A DNA stretch of 64,000 bases from an uncultured Candidatus Saccharibacteria bacterium (GCA_964592525.1 CAZQFB010000001.1:147454-211453), one strand, 5' to 3'; shown: positions 8,948-18,429, counted from the stretch's first letter. A program made the numbers and translations. The notes: generated by a model from the sequence alone, not told the origin.

Positions 8948-10192
8948 CTAGTGTCGGTAGGAAATGGGCAGATAACTTGCGTAGCGGTTGGGGGGAGGGG
9001 TGTTGGTAGTAGGTAGGCAGTACTGGCTGGCGGGTTGACGCAAGTAGGCTGGCACTTCTGGGTCTTCGTAAATCTCAAAGGTCAGTAGTTGGTTCCACGC
9101 CATATTCCATGGGTTATAGAAGAGCCGGCCGCGCCAGCCTACAACTTCCAAGAACACTTCAACATCCAAGTCATGCCCCCAGTAAAGAAAGGAGCCATCT
9201 GCTTGGCTAACATCTCTCATTACTTCCACGCCATCTGCTAGTCGGACAAATACAACTTGCACTCCGCAGACTCCTCCACCGTTGTACCGATGGAAAACAT
9301 ACCCGAATTTAAGTTCGGGAGTACCGGTAGGGCTGGGAGTGAGGCTGGGGCTGTGGGTAGGGGCGCTGGTGTTACTAGGGGTAGTGGTAGTGCTGGGGCT
9401 AGCCGTCCAGGTCGGGGTACTGGTCAAGCTTGGTGTTGGGGTAGCAGAGGGTGTCACTGAACTGGTCACGCTGGCAGTGCTAGTAGGGGTCAGGGTGACG
9501 GTGACACTGGGCGTAGTGGTAGCGCTGGGGCTAGCCGTCCAGGTCGGGGTACTGGTCAGACTCGGTGTTACGGTAGCAGAGGGTGTCAGTGAACTGGTCA
9601 CGCTGGCGGTGCTAGTAGGGGTCAGGGTGACGGCGACACTGGGCGTAGTGCTAGCGCTAGGGCTAGCCGTCCAGGTCGGGGTACTGGTCAGACTCGGTGT
9701 TAGGGTAGCGGAGGGTGTCAGTGAACTAGTCACACTAGGAGTGCTGGTAGATGAGGGGCTGGCGCTAGGGGTGTTGGTTGGAAGTAGGGGTTCCTCTTCA
9801 CAAAGCAGCAACACTTGATCCTGGAAGCAAGTTTCCCGCACAATGGGAAGATGAGCTCGACAATAACTGGGAGCTACGACCCATAAAGCGGCTAATTGAC
9901 CTTCTACCACCGGTGGACCGTCGAACTTAAACGCACCTCTGTCCGAAGTCCAGGTGGTGGTAACGTAATTAGCGCCACCACTCGGGGGAAAGAGGTTAAA
10001 CTCAATCCCAAACAGGGCGACTTGGGTATGACTCAAGGGAAACAAGGGACAGGTGGGGCACCAAGTGCCATACACAGTACCCGTGACACAGCCTTCTACT
10101 TGGTTGGGCGTGGCTCTGGCCGTTGGCAAACACACGAAACCCATCACCAGTAGCACTGTCACAACTGTGGTTACCTGTAACCAGCGGTTCAT
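8948..10192 (-). CDS. Secreted Ser/Thr/Pro-rich (mucin-like) surface protein
   Basis: Signal peptide, Cys-containing N-domain, about 150-aa STP linker, C-terminal YLPISYR. Confidence 0.8.
   Translation of the reverse strand: MNRWLQVTTVVTVLLVMGFVCLPTARATPNQVEGCVTGTVYGTWCPTCPLFPLSHTQVALFGIEFNLFPPSGGANYVTTTWTSDRGAFKFDGPPVVEGQLAALWVVAPSYCRAHLPIVRETCFQDQVLLLCEEEPLLPTNTPSASPSSTSTPSVTSSLTPSATLTPSLTSTPTWTASPSASTTPSVAVTLTPTSTASVTSSLTPSATVTPSLTSTPTWTASPSATTTPSVTVTLTPTSTASVTSSVTPSATPTPSLTSTPTWTASPSTTTTPSNTSAPTHSPSLTPSPTGTPELKFGYVFHRYNGGGVCGVQVVFVRLADGVEVMRDVSQADGSFLYWGHDLDVEVFLEVVGWRGRLFYNPWNMAWNQLLTFEIYEDPEVPAYLRQPASQYCLPTTNTPPPNRYASYLPISYRH
9375..9735. repeat. Intragenic 132-bp (44-aa) tandem repeat, about 2.7 copies
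   Basis: AGCCGTCCAGGTCGGGGTACTGGTCA recurs at 9401, 9533 and 9665. Confidence 0.92.
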
Positions 10193-10326
10193 GACAACTC
10201 TTCCTTTCGGGTTGTTAAGGTTCAATATTCGTACTCCGATTATGCTTATAACCGGGCGCTGTAGTACGAAGACACGCCATTATACCACAAGACTATAAGT
10301 TATTATGGGGCTGGTATAATTTGAGT

Positions 10327-11205
10327 ATGTTTGGTGATGATTTTAAGCAGCAGGTTTCAGGGCTGTGGGCTGATTTGAAGCTGACTTCCGACCAGCTTAG
10401 TACTAGTTTAGGGCGTTTAGCCTTAAATAATAGTGCTGATGTGATTGATTATGAGTATCAGCTCCCCAGTGGTGTTTACTTACGTAATCTTAATTCTTCT
10501 TATGATAATCCCTTTACGCATCGTCACTTAGCGATATCTGGGCGTTTGTTGCTCATACCCGACCAGGGTTTGGTGTTGCTGCCGACCGATAAGACACAGA
10601 GTTGGTGGTTAACTCATGTTTGGCAGCAGAGCTTTTGGGAGTGGGAGATTAGTTCTAAGTGCTTGTCGGTGTGGCAAGTCAAGAGACTGGCTTTGGGGGA
10701 GCAAAAACCTTTAGTGGTAATCCAAAAAGAGATCGTGGTTACTATGACGGGGATTACTTTTTCATTGCAAACGCTGGTTTTAGGGCAAGTGTGGGTGATC
10801 CAGAAATGGAATTATCAAGCTGACCAAACCACAGCGGTGGAGTATCTACAATCTGCACCTTATGTGGTTGGGGCAAAACTAGGGGTACTGAACGAGTATC
10901 CGGAGCAGACGCCCATTGAAATTTTAGAAATTCAAAAAGATAGCTCTTCTTTAGGAAGATTTGTGGTCAAAGGTTCAGGACCGCAAAAGTTATCCGAGTC
11001 TCATGTGTCTTTGTTTATTAATCGGGCTAAGTTACTGGAGATAGAGGCTCCGGTTTTATTTACAGCGCTCAATAAGTTACCAGAGTATTCTTTGGAGCAA
11101 GCTTGGGCTTATGTCCAGGCAGCTAAAAGCGAAGCGCTGAAATTTATCGCGCCTTACGTTGAGTCTGCTCCTCAAGAGCGCTATACTACAAGTACTAACT
11201 TATGA
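10327..11205 (+). CDS. Hypothetical protein
   Basis: Long ORF with TATAAT 6 nt before the ATG; overlaps the next gene. Confidence 0.7.
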   Translation: MFGDDFKQQVSGLWADLKLTSDQLSTSLGRLALNNSADVIDYEYQLPSGVYLRNLNSSYDNPFTHRHLAISGRLLLIPDQGLVLLPTDKTQSWWLTHVWQQSFWEWEISSKCLSVWQVKRLALGEQKPLVVIQKEIVVTMTGITFSLQTLVLGQVWVIQKWNYQADQTTAVEYLQSAPYVVGAKLGVLNEYPEQTPIEILEIQKDSSSLGRFVVKGSGPQKLSESHVSLFINRAKLLEIEAPVLFTALNKLPEYSLEQAWAYVQAAKSEALKFIAPYVESAPQERYTTSTNL

Positions 11206-12332
11206 GTGATGATGCTATAGACCTAAATGGTCAATTACCAACCGAACCTTCTGCCAATGAGTATCAGGAGGTTCCCGAGATTCCTGCGACTGAAGCTGAT
11301 AATGCTAATTTGGCTGCGGATCCTACTCGTTTAGCTTCCTTGGTGGAAGCTGAAGATGGTATCGCGCCGGCTTTTGGTCAAACAACGGGTTATTCTGGGG
11401 TAGGTGCCACCATGGAGGAAGCAGTTGAGCCCACCGTCTCTTATGAGGCTGATGTGGAAGAGGATCCTTCTGGTGTAAATGTGGAGAGTACTAATCCTGT
11501 GGCTCCGGAAGATAAAGTTTTGCACAAAAGATCACGTTTGCTCCATCTGCTATTAAGTCTGGTGATTGTCTTGCTGGTGGTAGGTGGGGCTGCCGCGGCT
11601 GCTTATTGGTATTCCAAGAGTGATTCTACTTTTATTAAACTGCCTAAATTACCTTTTGTGAGTGAGCCAGAAGCGGAGGTAGAGAAGGTGGTGGAGGCGG
11701 AACCTTTAGTACCAGAAGAGCCAGCAGTGACACCACCAAAAGAAACACCGGTGCTGGATACTAAGTTGGATGGCCCTTTTGATGAAAGGGTAGAAGATGA
11801 GCAAACTAAAGGTGGGGTGGAAGTAACCCCCAAACAAGAAGAAGTGGTGGTGCCTCCTCCCGCTGGTAAGGCGGTTGAAGGTTGGAAAAAATATCTTAGT
11901 CAAAGCTGGGGATACAGCTTTTTTTACCCACCAGAGTGGTATCTTTATCCTCGTGATTCTGGGTTGTTAGGGGAATCTACCATGGTCGCTTCGTCGCCTT
12001 TAGCCTCTTTGGATAATAATATTGGAGCTCATACAGTACGCTCCGGTAATATCTTGGTGGCGGTGGGCGTATTGACGGAGGATTATTCAGCGGAACAATC
12101 TTTGCTGGATTATATTAAAAATAACGCTTCTTTATATGGCTTTTCTTCTTCGGTAATAAAGAAAATTGACGGGCGTAGTTTTGTACGGTCAGTGGCTGTG
12201 GGTGGGGTTACCCACTACCATATTAATTCTGGTCGAAGGATATATTTTGTTTCTATTAAACCCGAGGAGTTAAGTCCAACATTAGAAGAAACCGTGGAAA
12301 AACTACTGACCAGTGTGTCTTTTAACCAGTAG
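11202..12332 (+). CDS. Single-pass membrane protein with acidic N-terminus and PsbP-like C-domain
   Basis: One TM; WKKY.SQ.WGYSFFYPPEW...KLLTSVSF. Confidence 0.7.
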   Translation: MSDDAIDLNGQLPTEPSANEYQEVPEIPATEADNANLAADPTRLASLVEAEDGIAPAFGQTTGYSGVGATMEEAVEPTVSYEADVEEDPSGVNVESTNPVAPEDKVLHKRSRLLHLLLSLVIVLLVVGGAAAAAYWYSKSDSTFIKLPKLPFVSEPEAEVEKVVEAEPLVPEEPAVTPPKETPVLDTKLDGPFDERVEDEQTKGGVEVTPKQEEVVVPPPAGKAVEGWKKYLSQSWGYSFFYPPEWYLYPRDSGLLGESTMVASSPLASLDNNIGAHTVRSGNILVAVGVLTEDYSAEQSLLDYIKNNASLYGFSSSVIKKIDGRSFVRSVAVGGVTHYHINSGRRIYFVSIKPEELSPTLEETVEKLLTSVSFNQ

Positions 12333-12350
12333 CAGAAAGATGGGGGGTAT

Positions 12351-12932
12351 ATGAATTCAGAAAAACACGTTGAACAACGAGTTGGGGTTTTTGTTGATGT
12401 TTCTAATATGTATTACAGTGCCAAAAACCTTCATGGTAGTAAGGTTGATTTTGGTAAGGTACTGAAAGAAGCCACCTCGGGCAGAAAATTAATCCGTGCT
12501 TTAGCTTATGTAATTAAAGCGGATATTGACCAAGAACAAGATTTTTTTAACGCGTTGAGCAAACAGGGTTACGAGGTAAAAGCTAAAGATCTGCAGATCT
12601 TTATTGGTGGTGCTAAAAAGGGTGATTGGGATGTGGGCATTTCAGTGGATGCTATTAAACTAGCTGATAAGCTTGATGTGATTGTGCTCGTTACCGGTGA
12701 TGGTGATTTTGTTCCTTTGGTTGAGTATCTACAACACAATAAAGGTTGTCGGGTGGAAGTAGTGGCCTTTGGTAAAACCACCTCCTCGCTATTACTGGGA
12801 GTAACCGATGATTTTGTTGATCTGGACCATGATCCCAAAAAGTATCTCATGCCGGTTAGGAAAACAGGGACCATGACTCGCAAAACCGCTCATCCGCGAG
12901 AATCGGTTGAAGGCTTCTCCCCCAGAGGATAG
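12351..12932 (+). CDS. NYN domain protein (LabA/DUF88)
   Basis: VFVDVSN, KGDWDVGI.VD, LVTGDGDFVPLV motifs. Confidence 0.92.
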   Translation: MNSEKHVEQRVGVFVDVSNMYYSAKNLHGSKVDFGKVLKEATSGRKLIRALAYVIKADIDQEQDFFNALSKQGYEVKAKDLQIFIGGAKKGDWDVGISVDAIKLADKLDVIVLVTGDGDFVPLVEYLQHNKGCRVEVVAFGKTTSSLLLGVTDDFVDLDHDPKKYLMPVRKTGTMTRKTAHPRESVEGFSPRG

Positions 12933-12951
12933 ATGGTAAACTCAAGGCAAG

Positions 12952-14685
12952 ATGAGAAAATATTTGTTGTTAGGTTTTGCTGTGGTGGTTGTGCTTTTGT
13001 TATTAGCCAGTGCTGCAGTGGCAGCTTTTTATTTGGCTTATCGAGGCAAGATTTTACCGGGGGTGAGTCTTAACTCACTGCCTCTGGAGAATCGAACCGT
13101 AAGTATCACGGTGCCTTTGGTGGAAAAATACCTTTCCGTTTATCAGCACCAAAAACTACCCTTACAGCTTAATGAGCAAGTGGTGCTCTTGACTCCTAGT
13201 GAGGTTGGTTTTATTTATGATGCTCGTCAAACTTGTGAGCTGGCTTACCGGGTGGGTAGAACCGGTAGTTTGGCGAAAAGACTCCGTGAAGCTTACCTCG
13301 CCTATCGTTACGGGATAGATCTGTTACCCCCATACCAGCTTGAAGTTTCTCGTTTATCTTCTTATGTCCAAGCACTAGCATCTAGATACGACCAACCACC
13401 GCGAGATGCTGGTTTTATTTTGCAAAATGGTCGTCTGGAAGTAACTTCTTCCCAGAACGGTTTAATGGTGGAGCAAAGTTCTTTAAAATTAGCGATTACC
13501 TCAAGCTTGGCAAATTTAGAGTTTAGACCACTACCGGTTGAGATGGTACTAGTTGAACCAACGGTATCGTCAGTTGCCCTACTAAATTTTAAAGAAGGAG
13601 TGGCAGAACTGATGCGCACGCCTATCCAGTTTGCGTATCAGGAGCAGCTTTGGACACCTTCGCCCGAGGAGATTCTCTCTTTTTTGAAAGTGGGACCAAG
13701 TGAGCTGGGTGACAGTTTAAAGTTAGGTATTAACCAGCAGTCCGTTGAGGAGTATCTGCAGAAAATCAAACCAGCGATTGAAGTGACGGCGGATGCAGGT
13801 GTGTTTGAGTTGAACAATGATCGGGTGGTTAAGTTTGCTTTCCCTCGGGATGGGGTAACGGTGGATGTGGCAGCAACAAGCGCTCTTTTGCACCAAACCA
13901 TCAGCGGTGAAAGGGGGGCTTTAGTGATTGATATTGCCGTCATCATCACCAAAGCGCCAGGCTTGGCTAATGATTATGGCATTCGTGATTTATTAGGCGA
14001 GGGTGTTACTCAATACCGTGGTTCTATCGCTGGTCGGGTGCATAACATTGGCTTGGCTTCCCAGAGGGTGCGTGGGGTGTTAGTGCCACCCGGTGAGGTG
14101 TTTTCCTTTAACGCTAACGTGGGTGAAATTACGGCAGCGACTGGTTATGACCAAGCCTATATTATTTCGGAGCGGAAAACGGTGCTGGGTACGGGTGGGG
14201 GGGTATGTCAAGTTTCCACAACTTTGTATAAAGCTGCTTTGGCAGCGGGGCTGGAGATAGTGCAAAGATATCCTCATTCCTATCGGGTGTCTTATTATGA
14301 ACCAGCGGGTATGGATGCTACGGTTTACGCTCCTTCAGTTGATCTACAGTTCAAAAACAATAGTGCGCACCATCTGCTGATTGATTCCGAGTTCAAACCG
14401 GAAGCTTGGGAGTTAATCTTTAGGATTTATGGGACAGACGATGGTAGAGAGGTGCAGATTATTGGTCCCACGGTAACTGTGGGGGGAGCACCGCCAGAAC
14501 CTATTTATCAGGAAGATCCGTCTTTAGCACCGGGTCAAGTGAAACAGGTGGACTTTGCCGCGTGGGGAGCGAAGGCCTATTTTGAAAGGATTGTCACCAG
14601 AGGAGAGGAAGTGCTTATTGAGGAAACAGTGCATACCTCCTATTCCCCTTGGCAAGCGGTGTTTTTGGTGGGTCCTCAAGAATAA
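12952..14685 (+). CDS. VanW family protein with PG-binding repeats
   Basis: R..NI......G..V.PGEVFSFN, GGGVCQVSTTLY, R.PHS..V.YY, G.DATV. Confidence 0.92.
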   Translation: MRKYLLLGFAVVVVLLLLASAAVAAFYLAYRGKILPGVSLNSLPLENRTVSITVPLVEKYLSVYQHQKLPLQLNEQVVLLTPSEVGFIYDARQTCELAYRVGRTGSLAKRLREAYLAYRYGIDLLPPYQLEVSRLSSYVQALASRYDQPPRDAGFILQNGRLEVTSSQNGLMVEQSSLKLAITSSLANLEFRPLPVEMVLVEPTVSSVALLNFKEGVAELMRTPIQFAYQEQLWTPSPEEILSFLKVGPSELGDSLKLGINQQSVEEYLQKIKPAIEVTADAGVFELNNDRVVKFAFPRDGVTVDVAATSALLHQTISGERGALVIDIAVIITKAPGLANDYGIRDLLGEGVTQYRGSIAGRVHNIGLASQRVRGVLVPPGEVFSFNANVGEITAATGYDQAYIISERKTVLGTGGGVCQVSTTLYKAALAAGLEIVQRYPHSYRVSYYEPAGMDATVYAPSVDLQFKNNSAHHLLIDSEFKPEAWELIFRIYGTDDGREVQIIGPTVTVGGAPPEPIYQEDPSLAPGQVKQVDFAAWGAKAYFERIVTRGEEVLIEETVHTSYSPWQAVFLVGPQE

Positions 14686-14688
14686 AGC

Positions 14689-15015
14689 TTATTTTTTGGC
14701 TAGATATACCTGCAGGCAATAAGTAGCCCACGCCGACACTATAGCAAGGTAAATAATGATCACAAACCAGCTAGACAAGATAGAGATGCGACTAAAAGGA
14801 TCATAATAACCCATCCGGAGCAAACCCAGTTTCAGCCAGGAAACTCCGCCTAAGAAATGACCAGCGGTAAACATGAACATTAAGAAAAGGTTATAAGGTT
14901 CCTTTATTTTTTTCACTATCAAATACCAAAGAGAAAACCAGATTAGAGAGCCAAAAATAAAAGCCCAGGGGGAGAGGAGTAGAGCGTAGTAAGCGGGGCT
15001 AGCTTCGTTTACCAC
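14689..15015 (-). CDS. Membrane protein, possibly with a frameshifted 5' end
   Basis: 3 TM helices; the frame stays open about 110 nt upstream without a start codon. Confidence 0.55.
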   Translation of the reverse strand: MVNEASPAYYALLLSPWAFIFGSLIWFSLWYLIVKKIKEPYNLFLMFMFTAGHFLGGVSWLKLGLLRMGYYDPFSRISILSSWFVIIIYLAIVSAWATYCLQVYLAKK

Positions 15016-15224
15016 CCTTGAGGTTGAGTTCCAGTATTCCTCTCCTTGGCCTAGTAAAGTAAGAGTGCTATCAACGATGGCGGGAAATATCAGGGCAAAA
15101 AATAGGGGTTTTTCTTGATTAGCTTCACAACCATATTATACCCATTATCTTGGGGGTTTATTTAGATGGTGTAAAAAACTACCCCGCGCTTTCGCTTGGG
15201 GTAGGCCAGGCGACAAGCGCGGGG

Positions 15225-16043
15225 TCACATCGTTTCAGGAGCCTTACCTACTCCCAGGTAAGAGCGTTCCTCATAGGAAAAGTCATCACCGATGATGACC
15301 AGAGTGCCTGGGGGAGTCCAGTTGAACAGACGCTCGGCGTCTTTGGGTATCAAATTGATACAGCCATTAGACACGGCTAGGGTACCGAACCGGTAGTGGG
15401 TGGACGTGCCGTGAATTTTGTACAGGTTACCTTGGTAGGTCATCTGGTAGGGAACATCGTTCAACCGATAGTTCCAACCAGTTGCGGCAACGGTACCAAT
15501 CATGTCTTGCCGCTTGATTTTCTTACCGATGGTAAAGGTACCTGCGGGTGTCTTCCAGTCACTAGCACCCCACGCTCCCGTTGAGGTGTAGGTGGCAAGG
15601 TAGAGTTCACTGCCGTTGAGGGCATAAAGCCTCTGCTTGGCTCTATCCACGACAATGCATTTGCCCCCATCTGGGCACGCAAAGTCCAGCTTAGGCGGAT
15701 CTGGTACTGGCAGAGTGTAGCCAGAGTAGATGTAGTTTCCTTCATCTACCTGGAACCAGAGACAGTTATCCTCCTGAAGGCATTCTCCCATCTCGTAGCC
15801 ATAGACCTTGACCCACTCACCCTCTAGGACTTTCTGACGGAAGGGATGAGCTGCGTCGTTACCAACGCGTCTGCCAGGATCCGCGAGTGGGCAGGTTGTG
15901 TCTGCACACTGGTGGATATTCAGGGCGTCTGTGTTGATGACCTCCACCCAAGTACCATGGTTGGCGTATCCTGTGTGTGCCAGAGCAAGACTGGCAACAA
16001 CAGCTAGACCCACACCCAGCAAAGCCACAACTAGTTGACGCAC
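15225..16043 (-). CDS. L,D-transpeptidase (YkuD family) with SH3-like N-domain
   Basis: IVVD...QRLY, STG...TP.GTF, IHG...SNGCINL; signal peptide; AAGGAGG SD. Confidence 0.9.
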   Translation of the reverse strand: MRQLVVALLGVGLAVVASLALAHTGYANHGTWVEVINTDALNIHQCADTTCPLADPGRRVGNDAAHPFRQKVLEGEWVKVYGYEMGECLQEDNCLWFQVDEGNYIYSGYTLPVPDPPKLDFACPDGGKCIVVDRAKQRLYALNGSELYLATYTSTGAWGASDWKTPAGTFTIGKKIKRQDMIGTVAATGWNYRLNDVPYQMTYQGNLYKIHGTSTHYRFGTLAVSNGCINLIPKDAERLFNWTPPGTLVIIGDDFSYEERSYLGVGKAPETM

Positions 16044-16085
16044 TTTCTCTCCTCCTTGAGGATGGTTAGGTTAGACGATGAGCCC

Positions 16086-16114
16086 ATCATAACACTATAG
16101 GTTTTTATGGTCAA
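16086..16114 (-). promoter_or_regulatory. sigma70-like promoter TTGACC-17-TATGAT with AACCTATAGT
   Basis: Minus strand reads TTGACC ataaaaacctatagtgt TATGAT. Confidence 0.65.
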
Positions 16115-16134
16115 GCGGTGGTGGGTGTGGTGAT

Positions 16135-17256
16135 TTAATTATGACTATGTTGTGGCGAGCGAATAACTTCGCTTAAAAATTCTTGTTTTAATTTATTGGC
16201 ATTAAGAATTCGACCCAAGCTTTCAATTTCTCCGGCGATACCAAAAGTGGGGATTCCAGCATAGCAACCAGAGTTAATTAAAAAAGCGCCACCGCCTGAA
16301 TTACCTTGTTCAATTTTGGCGGAGGTGTTGAAGTAGTAAGCGGCTTCAGTTATTTCCTCACTGATAATGCCTTCGGTAGCTGTAAGCACAGGTAAATAAT
16401 CGGTATCATCATCACCACTATAGGAGGGAAAACCCAAAACAAACAAAGCTTCACCGATGGTTAATTGTTCGGTCGTACAGGCTTGGGGAAAGGTGTTGAG
16501 GTCAAGGAAGGTGCTGGGGATGTCTTCCTCATCGCGGTCATCTTCCATGAGGTCAATGCGAGGTTCTGTTAATATTTTAAGCAGGGCAAAATCAATCTCT
16601 GCCATTTCTTCCTCCTCAATCTCTGGGGGGTAAAAAGGCTCAACATAATACCATTCTTTTTCGGTTTCCCCTTGTGCGCCCACAAGACATATGGTTTCCT
16701 CTTGGGCGGTGTCCGTTAAATCTGCCACAACATGATAGTTAGTTAATACAATAAGGTCATCCTTTTCGTTTTTACCAATAACCACTCCTGACCCAAAGCC
16801 ATTAGTAAAACCATCCTTAAAATTAATGCAAATAACTTGAACGACATATTTCTTTTGTTGTTGAATAATCTGCGGTAGTGAAGAGAGATTGGCGCTGCTT
16901 TGGTTAGTGTCGGTCTCAAGCAATTTTAAGAGATAGGCACTTTGGACTTGGAGTGAGTCTTCGGTAGCTTGCAGCTGACCTTCAAAGGATTTTATTTTGG
17001 CTTCAAAGGCGCTTATTTTTGCTTCATAGTTAGCGGCTGTTCCCAGTACTTGTGTGCTGGCTTCCTTTTGCACAGAGGTGGTTGGGGGTGGGGTAGTGCT
17101 TTGAGTGGTGGTTAGCGCTTGATATTTACTTTTGGCTTGATTGGGTTGGATGACCTTTTCATAAGTAATAATGAAGACACTAATCAACACTAAAGAAGTG
17201 ACTATGGCAGAGGCAAAGAGAGCGATCTTGGTTAGGATTGTCTGTTTCATTATCAT
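16135..17256 (-). CDS. Membrane-anchored trypsin-like (S1) serine protease
   Basis: GSGV, TNYHVV, DFALL, GNSGG triad motifs. Confidence 0.88.
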   Translation of the reverse strand: MIMKQTILTKIALFASAIVTSLVLISVFIITYEKVIQPNQAKSKYQALTTTQSTTPPPTTSVQKEASTQVLGTAANYEAKISAFEAKIKSFEGQLQATEDSLQVQSAYLLKLLETDTNQSSANLSSLPQIIQQQKKYVVQVICINFKDGFTNGFGSGVVIGKNEKDDLIVLTNYHVVADLTDTAQEETICLVGAQGETEKEWYYVEPFYPPEIEEEEMAEIDFALLKILTEPRIDLMEDDRDEEDIPSTFLDLNTFPQACTTEQLTIGEALFVLGFPSYSGDDDTDYLPVLTATEGIISEEITEAAYYFNTSAKIEQGNSGGGAFLINSGCYAGIPTFGIAGEIESLGRILNANKLKQEFLSEVIRSPQHSHN

Positions 17257-17459
17257 CGTTAGTATAGCGCAAATAAGCGTAGGGTAAATTTAGCTTGAGG
17301 GTAAATGAGTAGGTGCTTGTTAATTAGAGTCTTTGGGGCTTAAGGCTTTAGTGATGATATTGTGCATGAGGTTTTAAGTCAGAGGTCAAGGGCAAAAGTA
17401 TTTGATAACTTGGGTACGTACAGAAGTCCCGCACCAGAAGTGAGGGACTTTCTGTCACT

Positions 17460-17909
17460 TTATGGTGCGGGTTTTGTTTTGATTTGGGCGTAGAGCCGGA
17501 CGGTGGCTACATGGTAGCCCGCCGCCAAGGCATCCTTTTCCCGTCTCATGTCATCTGCGGTTTCTGGTTGAGAGATGATTTCAAAAGCAACCACTCGCTC
17601 TACCAATACCGCTGGTATTTGTGAGAGCACCTCGGCGATACTTGACTTGAATAAGCCATAATAGCCAAAGGCATGATAGGTGGTAATGTCGGTTATTGGT
17701 ACCAAACCTTCGGCGAGTCGTTCGGCTTGAGGGGCCCAGAGGAAAGATACTTCAAACAAGTCTACTGGTTTGATGTAGTAGAGTTTGCCTCTTTTTGAGC
17801 GGATCAGAGCATCTTTGCCTTTGCGGAATCTGACCACAGGTTTGATTCTACGCGCTAGCTTTTGGATACTGGACTTTGGAGCCTTTGGAATCCAGACCCT
17901 GACTACCAC
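17460..17909 (-). CDS. Hypothetical protein
   Basis: AAGGAGG SD before GTG; hairpin at 17423-17450 downstream. Confidence 0.7.
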   Translation of the reverse strand: MVVRVWIPKAPKSSIQKLARRIKPVVRFRKGKDALIRSKRGKLYYIKPVDLFEVSFLWAPQAERLAEGLVPITDITTYHAFGYYGLFKSSIAEVLSQIPAVLVERVVAFEIISQPETADDMRREKDALAAGYHVATVRLYAQIKTKPAP

Positions 17910-17953
17910 GGATATGCCTCCTTGAGTTGGTGACTTGGCTAAGCAGCAGGATT

Positions 17954-17982
17954 GTTATACCAGACTATGAGGTTATTATCAA
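17954..17982 (-). promoter_or_regulatory. sigma70-like promoter TTGATA-17-TATAAC with CCTCATAGT
   Basis: Minus strand reads TTGATA ataacctcatagtctgg TATAAC. Confidence 0.55.
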
Positions 17983-18046
17983 TTATAGGTATCCTTGCCT
18001 TTTACTCTTTTTTTCTTACTTTTTGGCACGCTTCTGTTTTTATGTC

Positions 18047-18075
18047 TTGACATATCAGGAGCTGCTTGATAACAT
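18047..18075 (+). promoter_or_regulatory. Promoter of the T-box leader
   Basis: TTGACA-17-TAACAT with an extended -10 TG. Confidence 0.7.
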
Positions 18076-18082
18076 CCTCGCA

Positions 18083-18337
18083 CAATTAAATAACAAAGCG
18101 TTTGAAGGGAGTCACGATCCCTAAAGGTTTGCAACCTACGTTGAGAGCCAAAATGCTCTACGGAAGCTTAACCGTAAAAAAAGCAGTCGATGTCACTTAA
18201 TTAAGCGGAGTCGGCCTGAGTGCTTAGGGGAGAAATACTTCTAAGAATTAGGATGGGACCGCGGGAGGTCTTTTTTTAACCTCTCGTTCCTTATACATCA
18301 GAGCATTGGTGTGTTGGGAACGGGAGGTTTTTTGTTT
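18083..18337 (+). promoter_or_regulatory. T-box riboswitch (histidine), transcriptional
   Basis: Antiterminator AGGA-[TGGGACC bulge]-GCGGGAGGT pairs with ACCTCTCGT-TCCT (18250-18291). A mutually exclusive terminator runs 18278-18329 plus T-tract. A CAC codon sits in a hairpin loop at 18113-18115, and bulge UGGG matches C73 of tRNA-His. Confidence 0.88.
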
Positions 18338-18355
18338 GTCTCATAAGAGCTTGAT

Positions 18356-18429
18356 GGTGGCTGTAGCTTAATGGTTAAAGCACTAGTCTGTGGAACTAGG
18401 GATTGTGGGTTCAAATCCCATCAGCCACC
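18356..18429 (+). tRNA. tRNA-His(GTG)
   Basis: G-1, acceptor GTGGCTG/CAGCCAC, anticodon arm CTAGT-CTGTGGA-ACTAG, T-loop TTCAAAT, discriminator C73. Confidence 0.97.

Noticed and set aside
9375-9735. Periodic repeats as CRISPR
   Set aside because: They are in-frame 132-bp coding repeats without unique spacers.
17927-18124. 65-aa ORF upstream of the T-box
   Set aside because: It covers two divergent promoters and the riboswitch start, with no SD.
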